From assembly GCF_009914755.1 (NCBI RefSeq), contig NC_060940.1: DNA of 64,000 nt; one strand, written 5' to 3'. The stretch's first letter is position 1; every line of letters begins with the position of its first letter. This DNA is from the human T2T-CHM13v2.0 reference genome, Homo sapiens. Under the pieces are notes generated by a model. It saw nothing but the letters and a program-made list of their open reading frames with translations, had not been told where the DNA came from and did no database searches. A program made the position numbers and the translations under genes. This document shows positions 57,880-64,000 of the stretch, piece by piece.

Positions 57880-58875
57880 CATGTCTTGGAGATAAATCAT
57901 TGTGAATGCACAGTCACCTCTCAGGCTAAATAAATATTAACTCAGGAACACCAGAATCCAGGTCAGTTCCAGAATCTGACCTCATTCTTCCCTCTTCCCT
58001 TTGGATAAAGGTGTTTCTTTGTTTATGAGAACTATAGGAATGCCTCATTTTTATGCAAATATAAAGCAAGTGCCCAACCACCGCATTCACCTAAATGCAG
58101 ATGTTTTGGAGGCTCAAAACTCAAGGGTCTCCACCCAGGATCCCTACATACAGAAAAGACACTTGTCCAGGATGGGGGCTAAATCTTTGGAGTTGAGTGT
58201 TATGTTTTTATTTTGCTTTGTTTTTCATAGTTTTTTGTGCAAAAAATGAGTGGAGCAAAGTAGCTGAGGGAACTGACTGTATGCTAGTCTTTTTGAGATT
58301 CAGAACTAGTGATACGTTGGAGTCCAGGTGACAAGTGTGGCAGGGAGTGGAAACCCTGTTGAGAGACGGGGACTTGAGAAGCATGGAATAGTACCTTTGG
58401 TGAGGATGTTGATGTTCTCTCAAGCTATTCCATCTACATTGGCAATGATGAGGCTCCCGATGGAAGCTTTTGAGAATCAGACTATTGGGGATTTGCTGCA
58501 GGAAGAGTTGTGACAATCAAGCCATTTAAATCTGAGTAATAAAACCGCATGATATTTCATTTTCCCCTGCAGGCTTTTGAAGCCTTTGATATCCTGTTTA
58601 CATCAAACACATTTACTCCTAAGAAAATCTTTAGTGTATACAATTCCACATACAGATATTTTAAATGACTAACTACTTTGGCTTAGAAGAGTACAAATGA
58701 CACCCCAGTCTTTTAAAATTTCAATTAGATTAAGTTTAATCTAGGCTAAATTCATTGATTGATCACCTCAAATATTGAAACATAATTGCCTCAAATATTG
58801 AAACAATAAAGTAGTATTGTTCCTTAATTTCTTAGTATTTTCTCTACTAGAGATTCTCTTATTGTAGGATTTTGA

Positions 58876-60265
<1,390 letters not shown>

Positions 60266-60303
60266 AGATCTGTTTTTTATTTCCCTTTAAGATGGAACTT
60301 CCC

Positions 60304-64000
<3,697 letters not shown>

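Noticed and set aside
58561-58670. Acceptor-like ttttcccctgcag followed by a short open frame, tested as the next ABCA15P exon
   Set aside because: No similarity in any frame to the expected GFxSExxFExY...VLAAVVF segment, and no convincing donor.

Overview
Primate (almost certainly human, recalled as chr16p12.2) genomic DNA, rich in Alu, L1 and LTR repeats. The left part holds the 5' half of CRYM (mu-crystallin/ketimine reductase) on the minus strand: four coding exons at 9543-9374, 8876-8723, 6886-6824 and 1184-1083 (163 codons), plus a CpG-island promoter. Upstream, on the plus strand, the unique sequence between repeats is the wreck of a tandem ABCA3-like transporter cluster, by synteny most likely the rodent testis Abca14/Abca15 genes. 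Gene 1 is collapsed to about 17 kb. It keeps a CpG promoter/first exon (about 15.0-15.26 kb), one frameshifted TMD2 exon (22470-22630), the last two coding exons (31202-31269, 31657-31793) and an AATAAA (31863). Gene 2 starts about 0.3 kb later from a recognisably paralogous CpG promoter (32.1-33.3 kb). It keeps two intact coding exons (47203-47262, 48154-48423) that encode a 109-aa single-TM ABCA N-terminal peptide (CRYM-AS1/ABCA15P). A minus-strand THE1 LTR at 34.2-34.5 kb with an intact splice donor is a candidate distal CRYM promoter that would read antisense across gene 1. Several unusual repeat-insertion structures are also reported. All family assignments come from remembered sequences, not from database searches.
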